Positions 18,975 through 28,366 are shown, counted from the stretch's first letter. The stretch is DNA of 64,000 bases from Candidatus Nanoarchaeia archaeon (GCA_028279765.1 JANQND010000009.1:65198-129197); one strand, 5' to 3'. The notes: generated from the letters alone by a model not told the origin. Numbers and translations: made by a program.

Positions 18975-20927
18975 TTACTCTCCCTTAAACACCCGCCTAT
19001 AGAACGCAGCCTCTTTGGTCAGCGCATCAATATTATTCTCTTTCGTTCGAAATCCATGAGCCTCTCCTTCATATTCGATATATTCATGCAGAATCCCTTT
19101 TTCTTTGAGAATCAAGGCCATTTCCCGCGAACAGTCAGGCGTTACGATCTTATCTTCTGATCCCTGCAATATAATCATCGGAGCTTTTAATTTATCAAGA
19201 TGATTAATCGGAGAGCGATCTTTATATTCCTGCTCACTCTCAGACAACCGGGGACCGACAAGGTTTTCTATGTATCTGGCCTCAAACTTGTGTGTCTGCT
19301 CTACCAGCGTAATCAGGTTTCCGATGCCAAAGTAGGATGCACCAACAGCAAAGAGATCAGGATACTCAGTGAGTTCGCGCTGCACCATATATCCGCCTGC
19401 ACTTCCTCCCCGAATAGCGACCTGTGAACCATTGACTAGACCTTTCTCAGCCAAATGGGTGACCGCATCAGCAACATCCTGCGCATCAATAAGGCCCCAC
19501 TTTGCTAGCAAAGCATCTCGGTATGCGCGCCCATATCCCGTGCTTCCCCGATAATCAACATCCATGATCGCATACCCCGATGAAGTCCAGAATTGTTTTA
19601 TCAGGGAAAACGCCCCTGAGGTATTGCTTGTGGGGCCACCGTGAGCGAGCACTAATAGCGGAGGCTTTTCTTCAGCGGGAGCAGTATAAAAACTATTTTT
19701 TGGAAGAGATAAATATCCATATGCCTTTTCACCATCTTTCGTCGGATACGAAACCAGCTCTGCCCTACTCATTTCTTTAACAGTAATAGAACTATTCTTC
19801 CTGATAACCTCCACTTTCTGGTCAGCTAAATCTATGCGAATAACACTCGGGCCTTTTTCAGCACTGCTTCCGATACAGATAACGTCTCCAACAGCAGTCA
19901 CCTGAACGTATGCGAAGTGATCGTACCCTATATCAACAACCCGGGCCTTTTTGCTTTGCGGGTCAATAACTATCAATTCATCTGACCCTTTATTCTTTTT
20001 TGTAGCAACAAGGGTATTATCAGCGAAAAAACTATACGAAGACTGGCCAAAGACCCAATGAGGAGCCCCATATTCTGCTAAATCAGAGGTAACCGGTTGG
20101 ACAGTATTGTTATCGTAGCAGTAGATATTCCACCAGTTCTTCGGGTCTGCCTCTTCTTTCCCTGCCTCATCCATCACAAAATAAAGAACACCGTCAGCAT
20201 CAAATTTAGGATGGCAAACAGAAATCCCCTCTCCTCCGGCAATGATTTTTTTGCTTGAAACCGTAATACCATCAACCTGCGCCGAAACAAGCTCGGTGCT
20301 ATCCCAGGGCATATGAGGATGATTCCACTCTAACCAGGCAAGCTTTTCACTCTTATAAAAAATAGGGTCAGCATAGAAATCACGGCCTGAAGCAATAATG
20401 GTTGGCTCTCTAACTGAGCTATCACTCAAATCAAGAGCTCCGATAAAATTCTCATTTTCTTTCTCTGCATGCTCTTTTTCATACACAAAGACCAGTGTCT
20501 TTCCATCTTCGCTCACGCAAAGCGAGGCATACTTTCCCAAAGAACCATCTTTATTTTTTTCCGGCGTTAAAGCAATAACTTCGGATCCGTGCTGCTTGTA
20601 GAGGCGCTGATCCTCGAAATTGACAAAATAAACAATTCCTTCATGGACAGTATACACACCGCCACCATACTCATGAACTCTGCTGCGAACAGTATAGCCT
20701 GGAGGGGTGATGTCTATCATTTCCCCTCTCTCATCGCGCTTCACGATTACGTACCTGCCTTTATCTGCGATTCGCAGCTCTACCCAATATACAGTGTTAC
20801 CATCAACAACAATCTCGCTGAGCCCGACAACATCAGAAAATACCTGCTCGGCACTAACAAGTGGCTTCCAGTCCAGAAAGGATGCTTGCGGCATTTTATC
20901 GCTGTACGAACTCCTTGTCTGTCTCAA
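18975..20927 (-). CDS. S9-family serine peptidase (acylaminoacyl/prolyl oligopeptidase-like) with N-terminal beta-propeller
   Basis: Catalytic GGSAGG nucleophile elbow, C-terminal alpha/beta-hydrolase region with a His. The start may be the internal M (about 20894). Confidence 0.75.
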   Translation of the reverse strand: MRQTRSSYSDKMPQASFLDWKPLVSAEQVFSDVVGLSEIVVDGNTVYWVELRIADKGRYVIVKRDERGEMIDITPPGYTVRSRVHEYGGGVYTVHEGIVYFVNFEDQRLYKQHGSEVIALTPEKNKDGSLGKYASLCVSEDGKTLVFVYEKEHAEKENENFIGALDLSDSSVREPTIIASGRDFYADPIFYKSEKLAWLEWNHPHMPWDSTELVSAQVDGITVSSKKIIAGGEGISVCHPKFDADGVLYFVMDEAGKEEADPKNWWNIYCYDNNTVQPVTSDLAEYGAPHWVFGQSSYSFFADNTLVATKKNKGSDELIVIDPQSKKARVVDIGYDHFAYVQVTAVGDVICIGSSAEKGPSVIRIDLADQKVEVIRKNSSITVKEMSRAELVSYPTKDGEKAYGYLSLPKNSFYTAPAEEKPPLLVLAHGGPTSNTSGAFSLIKQFWTSSGYAIMDVDYRGSTGYGRAYRDALLAKWGLIDAQDVADAVTHLAEKGLVNGSQVAIRGGSAGGYMVQRELTEYPDLFAVGASYFGIGNLITLVEQTHKFEARYIENLVGPRLSESEQEYKDRSPINHLDKLKAPMIILQGSEDKIVTPDCSREMALILKEKGILHEYIEYEGEAHGFRTKENNIDALTKEAAFYRRVFKGE

Positions 20928-21213
20928 TACAGTGCTTAGCCCGTACTAACTCAGCAGAAATATATCCCATGTGTTCAGGGGTTAATGAATAGCGCTTTGC
21001 AATCTCTTTGATGATATTATAGGGGTTTTCTCCCCGAAATTCTGCAACCATTTTGTGATTGACTAAAAAACCACATTGAATCTCATTTCCTTCAACCTTA
21101 ACCAGAAAATATCCTGCCTTATCCTCATTCCAGGGGAATGCTAAAGAGTCGGTATGAATTATCTCTCTGTCTTGCGGGATGTCCATCTTGTGAAATGTTC
21201 CTTGTTTTTCCAT
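20896..21213 (-). CDS. Small hypothetical protein (105 aa)
   Basis: ORF only. Lies immediately upstream of the peptidase on the same strand. Confidence 0.3.
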   Translation of the reverse strand: MEKQGTFHKMDIPQDREIIHTDSLAFPWNEDKAGYFLVKVEGNEIQCGFLVNHKMVAEFRGENPYNIIKEIAKRYSLTPEHMGYISAELVRAKHCIETDKEFVQR

Positions 21214-21296
21214 ATCTTTCGTGTACGCACCATATTTTTAAAGATTGTGAGTATCTATCACATTATTTATATACCATCACTCGCGTTTCTCTGACC

Positions 21297-21686
21297 ATGC
21301 AAAAAATAATCCTTGATACGAACTTTTTACTCCTTCCCTCAGAGTTCAAAGTAGACATCTTTGCGCAAATCAGGGAAGTCATGAATGACCCCTATAAGCT
21401 CTATATTATTGACAAGACTCTTGAGGAGCTGGATTCCATTATCAAGAACCAGAGAGGAAAGCACAAAAAAGCAGCACAATTTGCTCTTGAACTGATTAAG
21501 AAGCACGATATTAGTTCTATTGATACTTCCTCAGACCATCATGTAGACGATCAAATCCTCAATCTCATAGAAAAAGAGCCCTATATCATTGCAACACAGG
21601 ACAGGGAGCTTAAACAGAGAATTAAGGAAAAATCAGGAAAATTACTCGTTCTACGCCAAAAAAAGTACCTGCAACTACAAGAGTGA
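21297..21686 (+). CDS. PIN-domain protein (Fcf1/Nob1-like)
   Basis: ILDTNFLL acidic PIN start. Conserved position directly upstream of rpoE as in many archaea. A TATA-like TTATTTATATA sits about 26-33 nt upstream. The ORF-track start at 21138 is rejected. Confidence 0.5.
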   Translation: MQKIILDTNFLLLPSEFKVDIFAQIREVMNDPYKLYIIDKTLEELDSIIKNQRGKHKKAAQFALELIKKHDISSIDTSSDHHVDDQILNLIEKEPYIIATQDRELKQRIKEKSGKLLVLRQKKYLQLQE

Positions 21687-21751
21687 GCATACGTTAACTT
21701 TATAAATGCAATCCTTATCCCATCCCTTAATTGTACTAGAGGGAAAACTAC

Positions 21752-22333
21752 ATGTTTTACAGAACAGAATTAAAAGATCACATCCGGGTTCCGCCAAATA
21801 TCTTTGATGTACCGCTTGAAGAAGCAATTGTTCAGCGGGTAAAAAAGAAATACGAAGGATATATTTCAAAGGATTTCGGAATTGTCATTGACGTACTCAG
21901 CATCGATAACATTGGAGAAGGGATTATTATTCCAGGTGACGGCGCACCATATTATAAGATTGATTTTGAACTTCTTACCTACAAGCCTGAAATGCAGGAA
22001 GTAGTCTTGGGCAAGATCAAGGATATCGCTGATTTCGGTGCATTTATCAATTTAGGCCCTATCGACGGTATGATTCATGTATCCCAAACTATGGATGATT
22101 TTGTGTCCTTCTCAAAAGAGAAAGTGCTTACCGGAAAAGAATCAAAGCGTGTTCTCAAAGTGGGAGACAGCTGCCGGGCAAGAATTATCGCCGTATCTTT
22201 CAAGGACCTGCAAAATCCTAAAATCGGACTTACGATGAGGCAGACAGGCTTAGGTAAGCTCGAGTGGGTTGAAGAGGACCAGGCTCCTAAGGAAGCTGCC
22301 AAACCAGCTGCAAAAAAGAAAGGAAAGAAGTAA
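21752..22333 (+). CDS. rpoE: DNA-directed RNA polymerase subunit E' (Rpo7) with S1 domain
   Basis: MFYRTELKDHIRVPPNIF N-terminus and S1 fold region. Its stop TAA abuts the ATG of the next gene. Confidence 0.85.
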   Translation: MFYRTELKDHIRVPPNIFDVPLEEAIVQRVKKKYEGYISKDFGIVIDVLSIDNIGEGIIIPGDGAPYYKIDFELLTYKPEMQEVVLGKIKDIADFGAFINLGPIDGMIHVSQTMDDFVSFSKEKVLTGKESKRVLKVGDSCRARIIAVSFKDLQNPKIGLTMRQTGLGKLEWVEEDQAPKEAAKPAAKKKGKK

Positions 22334-22528
22334 ATGGCAAAAAAACTCGCATCAAAACAGACAAAGGAATTACTCACTGATGTAGAAATCAGAGAAAAGA
22401 AACTTCGAAAAGAAGACTTCACGCCTACCTGGCAGGGAAGAGTGTTCATTCTTGATACTGAAAAGTCCCATATTGCTCAGCAAATGGATATCAAATCAAA
22501 AGGGGAATATGCAATAAAGATTAGGTGA
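22334..22528 (+). CDS. spt4: Spt4 / RpoE''-like elongation factor, cysteine-free variant
   Basis: Conserved position after rpoE. C-terminal W.GRVFILDTEKSHIAQ..DIKSKGEYAIKI matches the Spt4 core (W.G...I..PEKSEIAK...I..G.YAL.V). The four Zn-ribbon cysteines are absent. Confidence 0.55.
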   Translation: MAKKLASKQTKELLTDVEIREKKLRKEDFTPTWQGRVFILDTEKSHIAQQMDIKSKGEYAIKIR

Positions 22529-23125
22529 TTGTTCTTGACTATTGAAATAAAAGATAAAAAGGAGAATATTCTGCTGTCAAGAGAAGAGATTTCAGCAGAA
22601 TTATCCTTCGACAAAAAAGCAACTCCATCAACAGAGCAAGTAAGAGAACTGCTTGCAAAAGAGCTGGGGGCTGACAAAGATTTAGTAGTAGTAAAAGAAA
22701 TAGATACTTCTTACGGCGATACTTCAGCAAAAGTATTTGCTTATCGGTATATTAGTAAGGATGAGCTTCTAAAGCTCGAGCCAATCTTTGCTAAGAAAGA
22801 AGCAGCAGCGCAGGCTGAAGCAGCAAAGAAAGCAGAAGAAGAGAAGAAAAAAGCAGAGGAAGAAAAAGCTAAGCAGGAAGCAGAAAAGAAAGAAGAAGCT
22901 TCTGCGGAAGAGAAAAAGGAAGAAGAAAAGCCAGCAGAAGAGCCGAAGGATGAACAAGTAGCAGAAGAAAAGAAAGAGGAGCCTAAGCCTAAGGAAGAAG
23001 CAAAGGCAGAGTCTAAACCTGAGGAGAAGAAGGAAGAGCCTGCTCCGGCTGATACGAAAGAAGAAAAGAAATCCGAAGATACTCCTAAAGATACTGATGA
23101 TAAAAAAGAAGAAAAGAGTGAATAA
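22529..23125 (+). CDS. rps24e: Ribosomal protein S24e with about 110-aa lysine/glutamate-rich C-terminal extension
   Basis: [31 protein letters not shown]...DLVVV...SAKVFAYRY matches S24e. TTG start directly after the spt4 stop. Long KEEKKAEEEK low-complexity tail. Confidence 0.8.
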   Translation: MFLTIEIKDKKENILLSREEISAELSFDKKATPSTEQVRELLAKELGADKDLVVVKEIDTSYGDTSAKVFAYRYISKDELLKLEPIFAKKEAAAQAEAAKKAEEEKKKAEEEKAKQEAEKKEEASAEEKKEEEKPAEEPKDEQVAEEKKEEPKPKEEAKAESKPEEKKEEPAPADTKEEKKSEDTPKDTDDKKEEKSE

Positions 23126-23130
23126 ATAAA

Positions 23131-23331
23131 ATGGCAGCAAAGAAAAAAGATTCCAAAGGCAAGAAAGAAAAAGTAAAAAAGCCATTCAATCGTTATAAAA
23201 TGTATTCTGTTTCCGGTGATAAGGTAGAAAGAAAGAACAAACTCTGCCCGAAATGTGACTCCTATCTTGCAGCTCACAAAGACCGCATGACCTGCGGTAA
23301 ATGCGGGTATGTCGAGATGAAGTCTAAATAA
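23131..23331 (+). CDS. rps27ae: Ribosomal protein S27ae (C4 zinc ribbon)
   Basis: CPKCDSY...CGKCGY zinc ribbon. Conserved position after S24e. Confidence 0.8.
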   Translation: MAAKKKDSKGKKEKVKKPFNRYKMYSVSGDKVERKNKLCPKCDSYLAAHKDRMTCGKCGYVEMKSK

Positions 23332-23337
23332 CTCAAA

Positions 23338-24306
23338 TTAATTTATTTTTTCTGGGAAAAAATCTATTCCATAGTCATCAAGAATCTGTGCAATCTCATA
23401 ATTTTGAATAATGCTGAACTTATTTCTCATATCGATGATAAATTGTTGAAGCTCTCTGGCATCTTTGACATGGATCTCAATATCTAGATCCCACTCCCCC
23501 ATTAGTTTTACCGTATCAAATATTCCCGCAACAGATTTCAGATAATTGAGCAATTCGGCTTCTTGATCGATATAAGCTGTATTATATCTGATAAATATCT
23601 TATACGATAATTTAGACAAATGGTTGAAGTTTACAATACATTTGTATCCACAAATAATTCTTTTCTTTTCCATCTTTTGGATTCGGTGCTTCACTGCATT
23701 TCTTGTTAAGCCAACAGTTCTGGCAATTTCTTCTGTCTTTATTCTTGAATTATATTTGATTAATGTGAGAACTTTTCTGTCAGTCTTGTCTAAAACGATA
23801 TCCTCTTTCTCTTTGAGCATCTGATTTCCCTCTCGAATACTCTTGTTTTCTATGAAGTATCCATAAGTATAGAAATCAATGTGAAGCATTCGCAGAGATT
23901 CGTAGCTTTCAACAATGGCCTTATTCTTCTTCACTATATCGGTAATCATTGAAACAAAATGGTTAGAATCTTTTGCAAAGATGTCAATGATAAGGTCAAA
24001 GGAACCCGAGATATAACCCACCCAGAATGTGGGGTAGTTGACAAAAAGTTTTTCTGCAAACTCTTTTTGTGTCTTCTTATTGATATTCTTTAATCGCATA
24101 TGGATCCTATAGGAAGAGAAGCCAAGCTTTGCAGCGTCAATTAAGGTATAAAACGAGTATATGGTGTTTTGTTTCAATAATCTATTTATTCGATAGTCTA
24201 CCACTTGCGGACTTAATCTCACTTCTTTTCCAAGCTGAGATAAGGAGATATTTGGGTCTCTATCTAGAACACCCAGAATTCTCTTATCTTTGAGAGTTAT
24301 CTTCAT
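23338..24306 (-). CDS. Tandem-duplicated Lrp/AsnC-family regulator (two HTH plus RAM-like modules in one chain)
   Basis: Two AsnC-type HTH segments (KDKRILGVLDRDPNISLSQLGKEVRLSPQVVDYRINRL and LDKTDRKVLTLIKYNSRIKTEEIARTVGLTRNAVKHRIQKM), each followed by an ACT/RAM-like region. Confidence 0.6.
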   Translation of the reverse strand: MKITLKDKRILGVLDRDPNISLSQLGKEVRLSPQVVDYRINRLLKQNTIYSFYTLIDAAKLGFSSYRIHMRLKNINKKTQKEFAEKLFVNYPTFWVGYISGSFDLIIDIFAKDSNHFVSMITDIVKKNKAIVESYESLRMLHIDFYTYGYFIENKSIREGNQMLKEKEDIVLDKTDRKVLTLIKYNSRIKTEEIARTVGLTRNAVKHRIQKMEKKRIICGYKCIVNFNHLSKLSYKIFIRYNTAYIDQEAELLNYLKSVAGIFDTVKLMGEWDLDIEIHVKDARELQQFIIDMRNKFSIIQNYEIAQILDDYGIDFFPEKIN

Positions 24307-24399
24307 TTTATGAATTAAGTCAGTATTTATTAATAAATATTGCTATTTTTCAAAATTATAAGTAAGAAATTTTATTAATTTAGCTGAATCCCTAATTCC

Positions 24400-24843
24400 A
24401 TGGGTCCAAAAGAACTCCGTCAAAGGCATGACTTAGCCGCGCAAACGATAGTTGATACCTTTGGAAATAATCTTGATAAGATTTTGATCTATACAACATG
24501 TGATCTTGATGACGAATATGGAATTGTAGATGATGTGGAAATTTTAGTAAAGAATAAGGAGAAACTTCGTAGCAATGTGAGAACTTTTATCACTAGATTA
24601 TTTGATGAAGACTCTCTAGTAAACAAGATTTCTAATTCATTCATTGAATACATAGGAAAGGCCCTTGTACCAAAACCGAATGATCTCATGTATAGTTTCG
24701 GACTCACACATATTATTTCAGAATTGCCCGAATATATTGCCTTAGAGAAAGGAGTTTCGAAACAGAAATTATTATCATATTTCGAAATCCCTCTTGTTCA
24801 AGAAAATCGTGGATCCTATTTCATCCAAGGATCATTATCATAG
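24400..24843 (+). CDS. Hypothetical protein (147 aa)
   Basis: ORF only. Possible minimal nucleotidyltransferase-like acidic cluster, unconfirmed. Confidence 0.3.
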   Translation: MGPKELRQRHDLAAQTIVDTFGNNLDKILIYTTCDLDDEYGIVDDVEILVKNKEKLRSNVRTFITRLFDEDSLVNKISNSFIEYIGKALVPKPNDLMYSFGLTHIISELPEYIALEKGVSKQKLLSYFEIPLVQENRGSYFIQGSLS

Positions 24844-24853
24844 AACCAAAATA

Positions 24854-25402
24854 TTACTTCTTAGTTTTCTTCTTTTTCGATTTCTTCGCAGCTTTTTTCT
24901 GTGCAAGCGACCTTCTAACTTTAGGCCAGTGATCTTCATCAACAATATAGCCTATACACCGGGACGTTCCACATCGGCAGGGGTGGTCCTGATAATCCTC
25001 GAAATCATAATTATAATTATACGATAGCTCTTCCCCTTTCTTAATATCTCGAAGCGCAATAATCCAGATATGCCCTTTTATGATGTCCACTTCACAATTA
25101 GGATCGCAGGAATGATTGATGTATTTTGCAGTGTTATAGGGTACATTCCCATCAATATCATATCGCTTGTTGAGCTCAAAAATATACACGGCACCATTAT
25201 CCGAGTTCTCAGAATGATTATCCAGGTCACGATCTGCACGCTTGTCAGATTCTGCCTTAGTGACTTTTTCCCCCACGTATTCGATGATGCGCGCACCTTT
25301 AGGAATATCTTTTTTTGCAAAAATGCCGTTATTATGTATCTTTGATTTCTTTTGAAGAACATATGGTGATGTTGTTTTTCTCATCACCAAAATTGAAAAC
25401 AA
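24854..25402 (-). CDS. SET-domain protein lysine methyltransferase with post-SET Cys cluster and poly-lysine tail
   Basis: GVFAKKDIPKGARIIEY, YIFEL, NHSCDPNC, ELSYNY, CRCGTSRC, and a C-terminal KKAAKKSKKKKTKK. Confidence 0.75.
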   Translation of the reverse strand: MFSILVMRKTTSPYVLQKKSKIHNNGIFAKKDIPKGARIIEYVGEKVTKAESDKRADRDLDNHSENSDNGAVYIFELNKRYDIDGNVPYNTAKYINHSCDPNCEVDIIKGHIWIIALRDIKKGEELSYNYNYDFEDYQDHPCRCGTSRCIGYIVDEDHWPKVRRSLAQKKAAKKSKKKKTKK

Positions 25403-25494
25403 GCGCCTTATAAGCTTTTCTTTTTTACTGTTCTTCCACTGGACAGTCCAGTGCCAGCGTCACGTATAAAAACTCATTCTACTGGAAAATAAGC

Positions 25495-26256
25495 ATGATC
25501 CAAAGCACCTTTCAAATCCTTGAGCGCGTTGCAGGTCAGAAAGAGAAAAGCCTCTGGAAAGCGGGCATCTTCGATTGGGACACTTTTATGCGAAAAGACT
25601 CTATTAAAGGCATTGCAAAACAAAAGAAATCCTATTTTGATAGACAATTGGTTCATGCAAAAAAAGCTCTTCACAATCAGTTGTCCTCCTACTTCATTGA
25701 CAAAATTCCCTCAACAGAGACCTGGCGGCTCTATGATTCCTTCAGGGAGGATGCTGTTTTTCTCGACATTGAAACAGAAGGAGTTGGAGCACAAGCGGAC
25801 ATTACGGTCATGGGGCTTTATGACGGGCTGAATACCAAAACCATGATTAAAGGAGTGAACATGGACTATCAAGCACTAAAGCAAGAATTAGCAAATTACA
25901 AGCTCATCATCACTTTTAATGGGTCCAGTTTCGACATTCCATTCATCCAGAAGCGATATAACATCCTTCCTCAGATACCTCACATCGATCTAAGGCATTG
26001 CTGTGCACGGCTAGGACTAACCGGAGGATTAAAAGAAATCGAAAAACAATTTGGGATTAAAAGAAACCCCATCATAGAAAAGCTCTATGGTGGAGACGTA
26101 CTAACTCTCTGGAAAATGTACAAAGGATCAGGTGATCGCCATTATCTTGATCTTCTGGTTGAATATAACGAAGAGGATGTGATTAATCTGAAAAAAATAA
26201 TGAATTACTGCTATGAAAAACTAGGGGAGGGAATCAAAAATGAAATTGCAGCTTAA
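25495..26256 (+). CDS. RNase H-like fold 3'-5' exonuclease (YprB/PF13482-like)
   Basis: FLDIETEG, FNGSSFDIPFI, HIDL, YNEEDV acidic motifs in the usual order. Confidence 0.5.
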   Translation: MIQSTFQILERVAGQKEKSLWKAGIFDWDTFMRKDSIKGIAKQKKSYFDRQLVHAKKALHNQLSSYFIDKIPSTETWRLYDSFREDAVFLDIETEGVGAQADITVMGLYDGLNTKTMIKGVNMDYQALKQELANYKLIITFNGSSFDIPFIQKRYNILPQIPHIDLRHCCARLGLTGGLKEIEKQFGIKRNPIIEKLYGGDVLTLWKMYKGSGDRHYLDLLVEYNEEDVINLKKIMNYCYEKLGEGIKNEIAA

Positions 26257-26602
26257 CAAAGCATTTTTTGGAAAGAATAACTGTTTCAAGCTTATTCTCA
26301 ATACTCAGAATGAATGTTACTTTCATTTTGGTGTGCAGCAGGATAATGTCTATCAATGGAAAAAAGTAAAAATAAATGATATGGAACTGGGAGAAATCGT
26401 TCAGGTATTAAGAAAAGACAAACCCTCAGTAAGTTTCTTCCACAAATATAATGGGACAGATACACAAATCTGGGTGAATAGAAAAGACAAGTTCTTCTTC
26501 ATTAAAGTAAAAGAACTCTCCAAGTCCTTTTCAGAGGGAGAGCAGGAAGTGCTGCGGGTATTGCTTGAACAATCCATTTGGAAGATGAATGCAGTAGCAT
26601 AA
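26240..26602 (+). CDS. Hypothetical protein (120 aa), overlaps the upstream exonuclease gene by 17 nt
   Basis: ORF only. Confidence 0.3.
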   Translation: MKLQLNKAFFGKNNCFKLILNTQNECYFHFGVQQDNVYQWKKVKINDMELGEIVQVLRKDKPSVSFFHKYNGTDTQIWVNRKDKFFFIKVKELSKSFSEGEQEVLRVLLEQSIWKMNAVA

Positions 26603-26667
26603 GGCAGGAAATCCTATTCCAAAACATTAATAAAAGAGAACGACCATCCTATTGAGAGTAAAAAAAC

Positions 26668-27177
26668 ATGAAAATCGCAATTCTGGCAGCAGACGGCTAT
26701 GAAGATCAGGAATTGTGGTATCCTAGGTTCAGACTTCTTGAAGAAGGATATGCAGTGATCGTTGCCGCTGCAGATACAAACAACAAAATCAGCAAGTATG
26801 GTTATCCAACTAAAGTAGACCAACTCACTTCTGATCTCAATGCAGATGATTTTGATGCAGTCGTTATCCCCGGTGGAATTAAGGGTGCGGAGAGTCTGCG
26901 CATGGATCCGCAGGTTACGGGGTTCGTAAAGCAGATGTACGAACAGAAGAAACCGGTTGCCTCTATCTGTCATGGGGCATGGGTGTTGATCTCTGCAATT
27001 CCTATCAAAGGTAAAAAAATAACCTGCTATAAAGGTATGAAGGATGATCTTATTGTTGGAGGGGCTGATTACGTAGATGAAAAAGTCGTGGTAGACGGGA
27101 ATCTTATCACTTCACGAATGCCTACGGATCTTCCCGCTTTTATGAAAGAACTACTCAAACAATTGATAAGCAACTGA
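26668..27177 (+). CDS. DJ-1/PfpI-family intracellular protease or glyoxalase
   Basis: MKIAIL..DGYEDQE...ICHGAWVL nucleophile elbow, about 170 aa. Confidence 0.8.
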   Translation: MKIAILAADGYEDQELWYPRFRLLEEGYAVIVAAADTNNKISKYGYPTKVDQLTSDLNADDFDAVVIPGGIKGAESLRMDPQVTGFVKQMYEQKKPVASICHGAWVLISAIPIKGKKITCYKGMKDDLIVGGADYVDEKVVVDGNLITSRMPTDLPAFMKELLKQLISN

Positions 27178-27189
27178 GGTGAACAAGCA

Positions 27190-27495
27190 ATGCTAAGTAA
27201 AATTAAATGTACGGGAGATTTTTCCAGAGTGCTTGATGAGGAAAAAGATCTCATTAATGAAAAATTACAGAAGTTTACGGAAAAACATTCTATTGATTTT
27301 TCTGAAATGCATTTGAGTCTGGATTGCCATATCGATAAAGAGACTTCAAGAGGAAGGACCGGCTACACCGTGAGAATTAATATCGACTCCGATAACGGCA
27401 GATTCCATGCAGACGGTAAAGATTTCGGTGCTGAAAAAACCATCTCCGGTGTTCTAAAGAAACTGGACACACAGATACAGAAGCATAGGGGATGA
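27190..27495 (+). CDS. Ribosome hibernation factor-like protein (HPF/RaiA/YfiA fold, short form)
   Basis: C-terminal YTVRINIDSDNGRFHADGKDFGAEKTISGVLKKLDTQIQKHRG resembles the HPF consensus (atl.v...g.ihAsa.g.D.YaAID.liDKLeRQL.KHK). Confidence 0.5.
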   Translation: MLSKIKCTGDFSRVLDEEKDLINEKLQKFTEKHSIDFSEMHLSLDCHIDKETSRGRTGYTVRINIDSDNGRFHADGKDFGAEKTISGVLKKLDTQIQKHRG

Positions 27496-27547
27496 GAGTT
27501 ATTACTGTTTTTTTTCTTATCATTCTTTCATAAGTTATTTATAGGGT

Positions 27548-28366
27548 TTGATTTATGATTATATCATGGACCTTAAGTCTCAAATTGGGCCGTTCCAGCA
27601 AATCTGCGATAAGATTTTGCAAGTTTATCGCATTAGGCTGTTGTGCCTGCAAAGGCGAGAAAGGGTATTAGCTAAATTCTCTAATACTACCGCTTTAGGC
27701 GCGATGCAGGCTAAGGATAAGAATGTTTTCTTAAGCTGTATAGCTAAGGAAGAGAAGATTCTTGAAATAATTCATCGAGAGGGAGGCAAAGGGGAGACTA
27801 TACTTAAGCATACAGGGAAAGCATTAAAAAAGGCATATGCAAGCACAAAGAATAAAAAAGGAGAAAATAAAGTAGAATTTTGGCTGATCAATTACGGGGA
27901 TCCTCAGATTCGGACTTTTATTAAGAGTGTAGCACTGTTCTTTGAATTGCTCTCTAAAGAAATCAAACCTATTAAAAAGAGGCTTGAATATGAAAAAAAA
28001 GCGCTAGAGTCTCGTCAGCAGGATCATATTGTAGCTTTCCTTACTCAATGGAAAAAAGAAGTAGAGACTAATCGTGAAATCGCAGAGGAGTATCTCCAAC
28101 TTCTCAACTCACATCAAGAAGTGATGAATCGACTTCTCATGCTTGACAGCAAAAAAAAAGACTTTGGCTTAGGACTTGCCACTGCAGCCAGTCCTTACAT
28201 TGCTCCAACCGTTATGGCAGGAGCGGTATTCGTGGGTATCGGTGCAGTTCTTATCGTAGCACGAAGGTTTCTCATAGGTATGCAGCCACTTATGCAGTTT
28301 GAATTAAAGGGGTATCAAAAGGATAAAGATCTTTTCCATTCTCTTAAGAAAAAAGGGCTAACCTGA
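27548..28366 (+). CDS. Hypothetical protein with C-terminal TM helix
   Basis: ORF plus a hydrophobic segment AGAVFVGIGAVLIVA. Confidence 0.3.
   Translation: MIYDYIMDLKSQIGPFQQICDKILQVYRIRLLCLQRRERVLAKFSNTTALGAMQAKDKNVFLSCIAKEEKILEIIHREGGKGETILKHTGKALKKAYASTKNKKGENKVEFWLINYGDPQIRTFIKSVALFFELLSKEIKPIKKRLEYEKKALESRQQDHIVAFLTQWKKEVETNREIAEEYLQLLNSHQEVMNRLLMLDSKKKDFGLGLATAASPYIAPTVMAGAVFVGIGAVLIVARRFLIGMQPLMQFELKGYQKDKDLFHSLKKKGLT

Noticed and set aside
18897-19160. 87-aa ORF overlapping the repeat element and the peptidase 3' end
   Set aside because: It runs through the palindromic element and antisense to the S9 peptidase C-terminus. No support.
21138-21296. Upstream extension of the PIN-domain ORF (MLKSRYELS...)
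   Set aside because: The conserved PIN start (ILDTNFLL) follows the internal Met. The extension covers a TATA-like promoter element.
22539-23277. Several antisense and alternative-frame ORFs (e.g. 22741-23277 -, 22769-23185 -, 22539-22730 -) over the S24e tail
   Set aside because: They are low-complexity mirror images of the GAA/AAG-rich coding strand (poly-F/L/S translations). The sense frame carries the conserved S24e domain.
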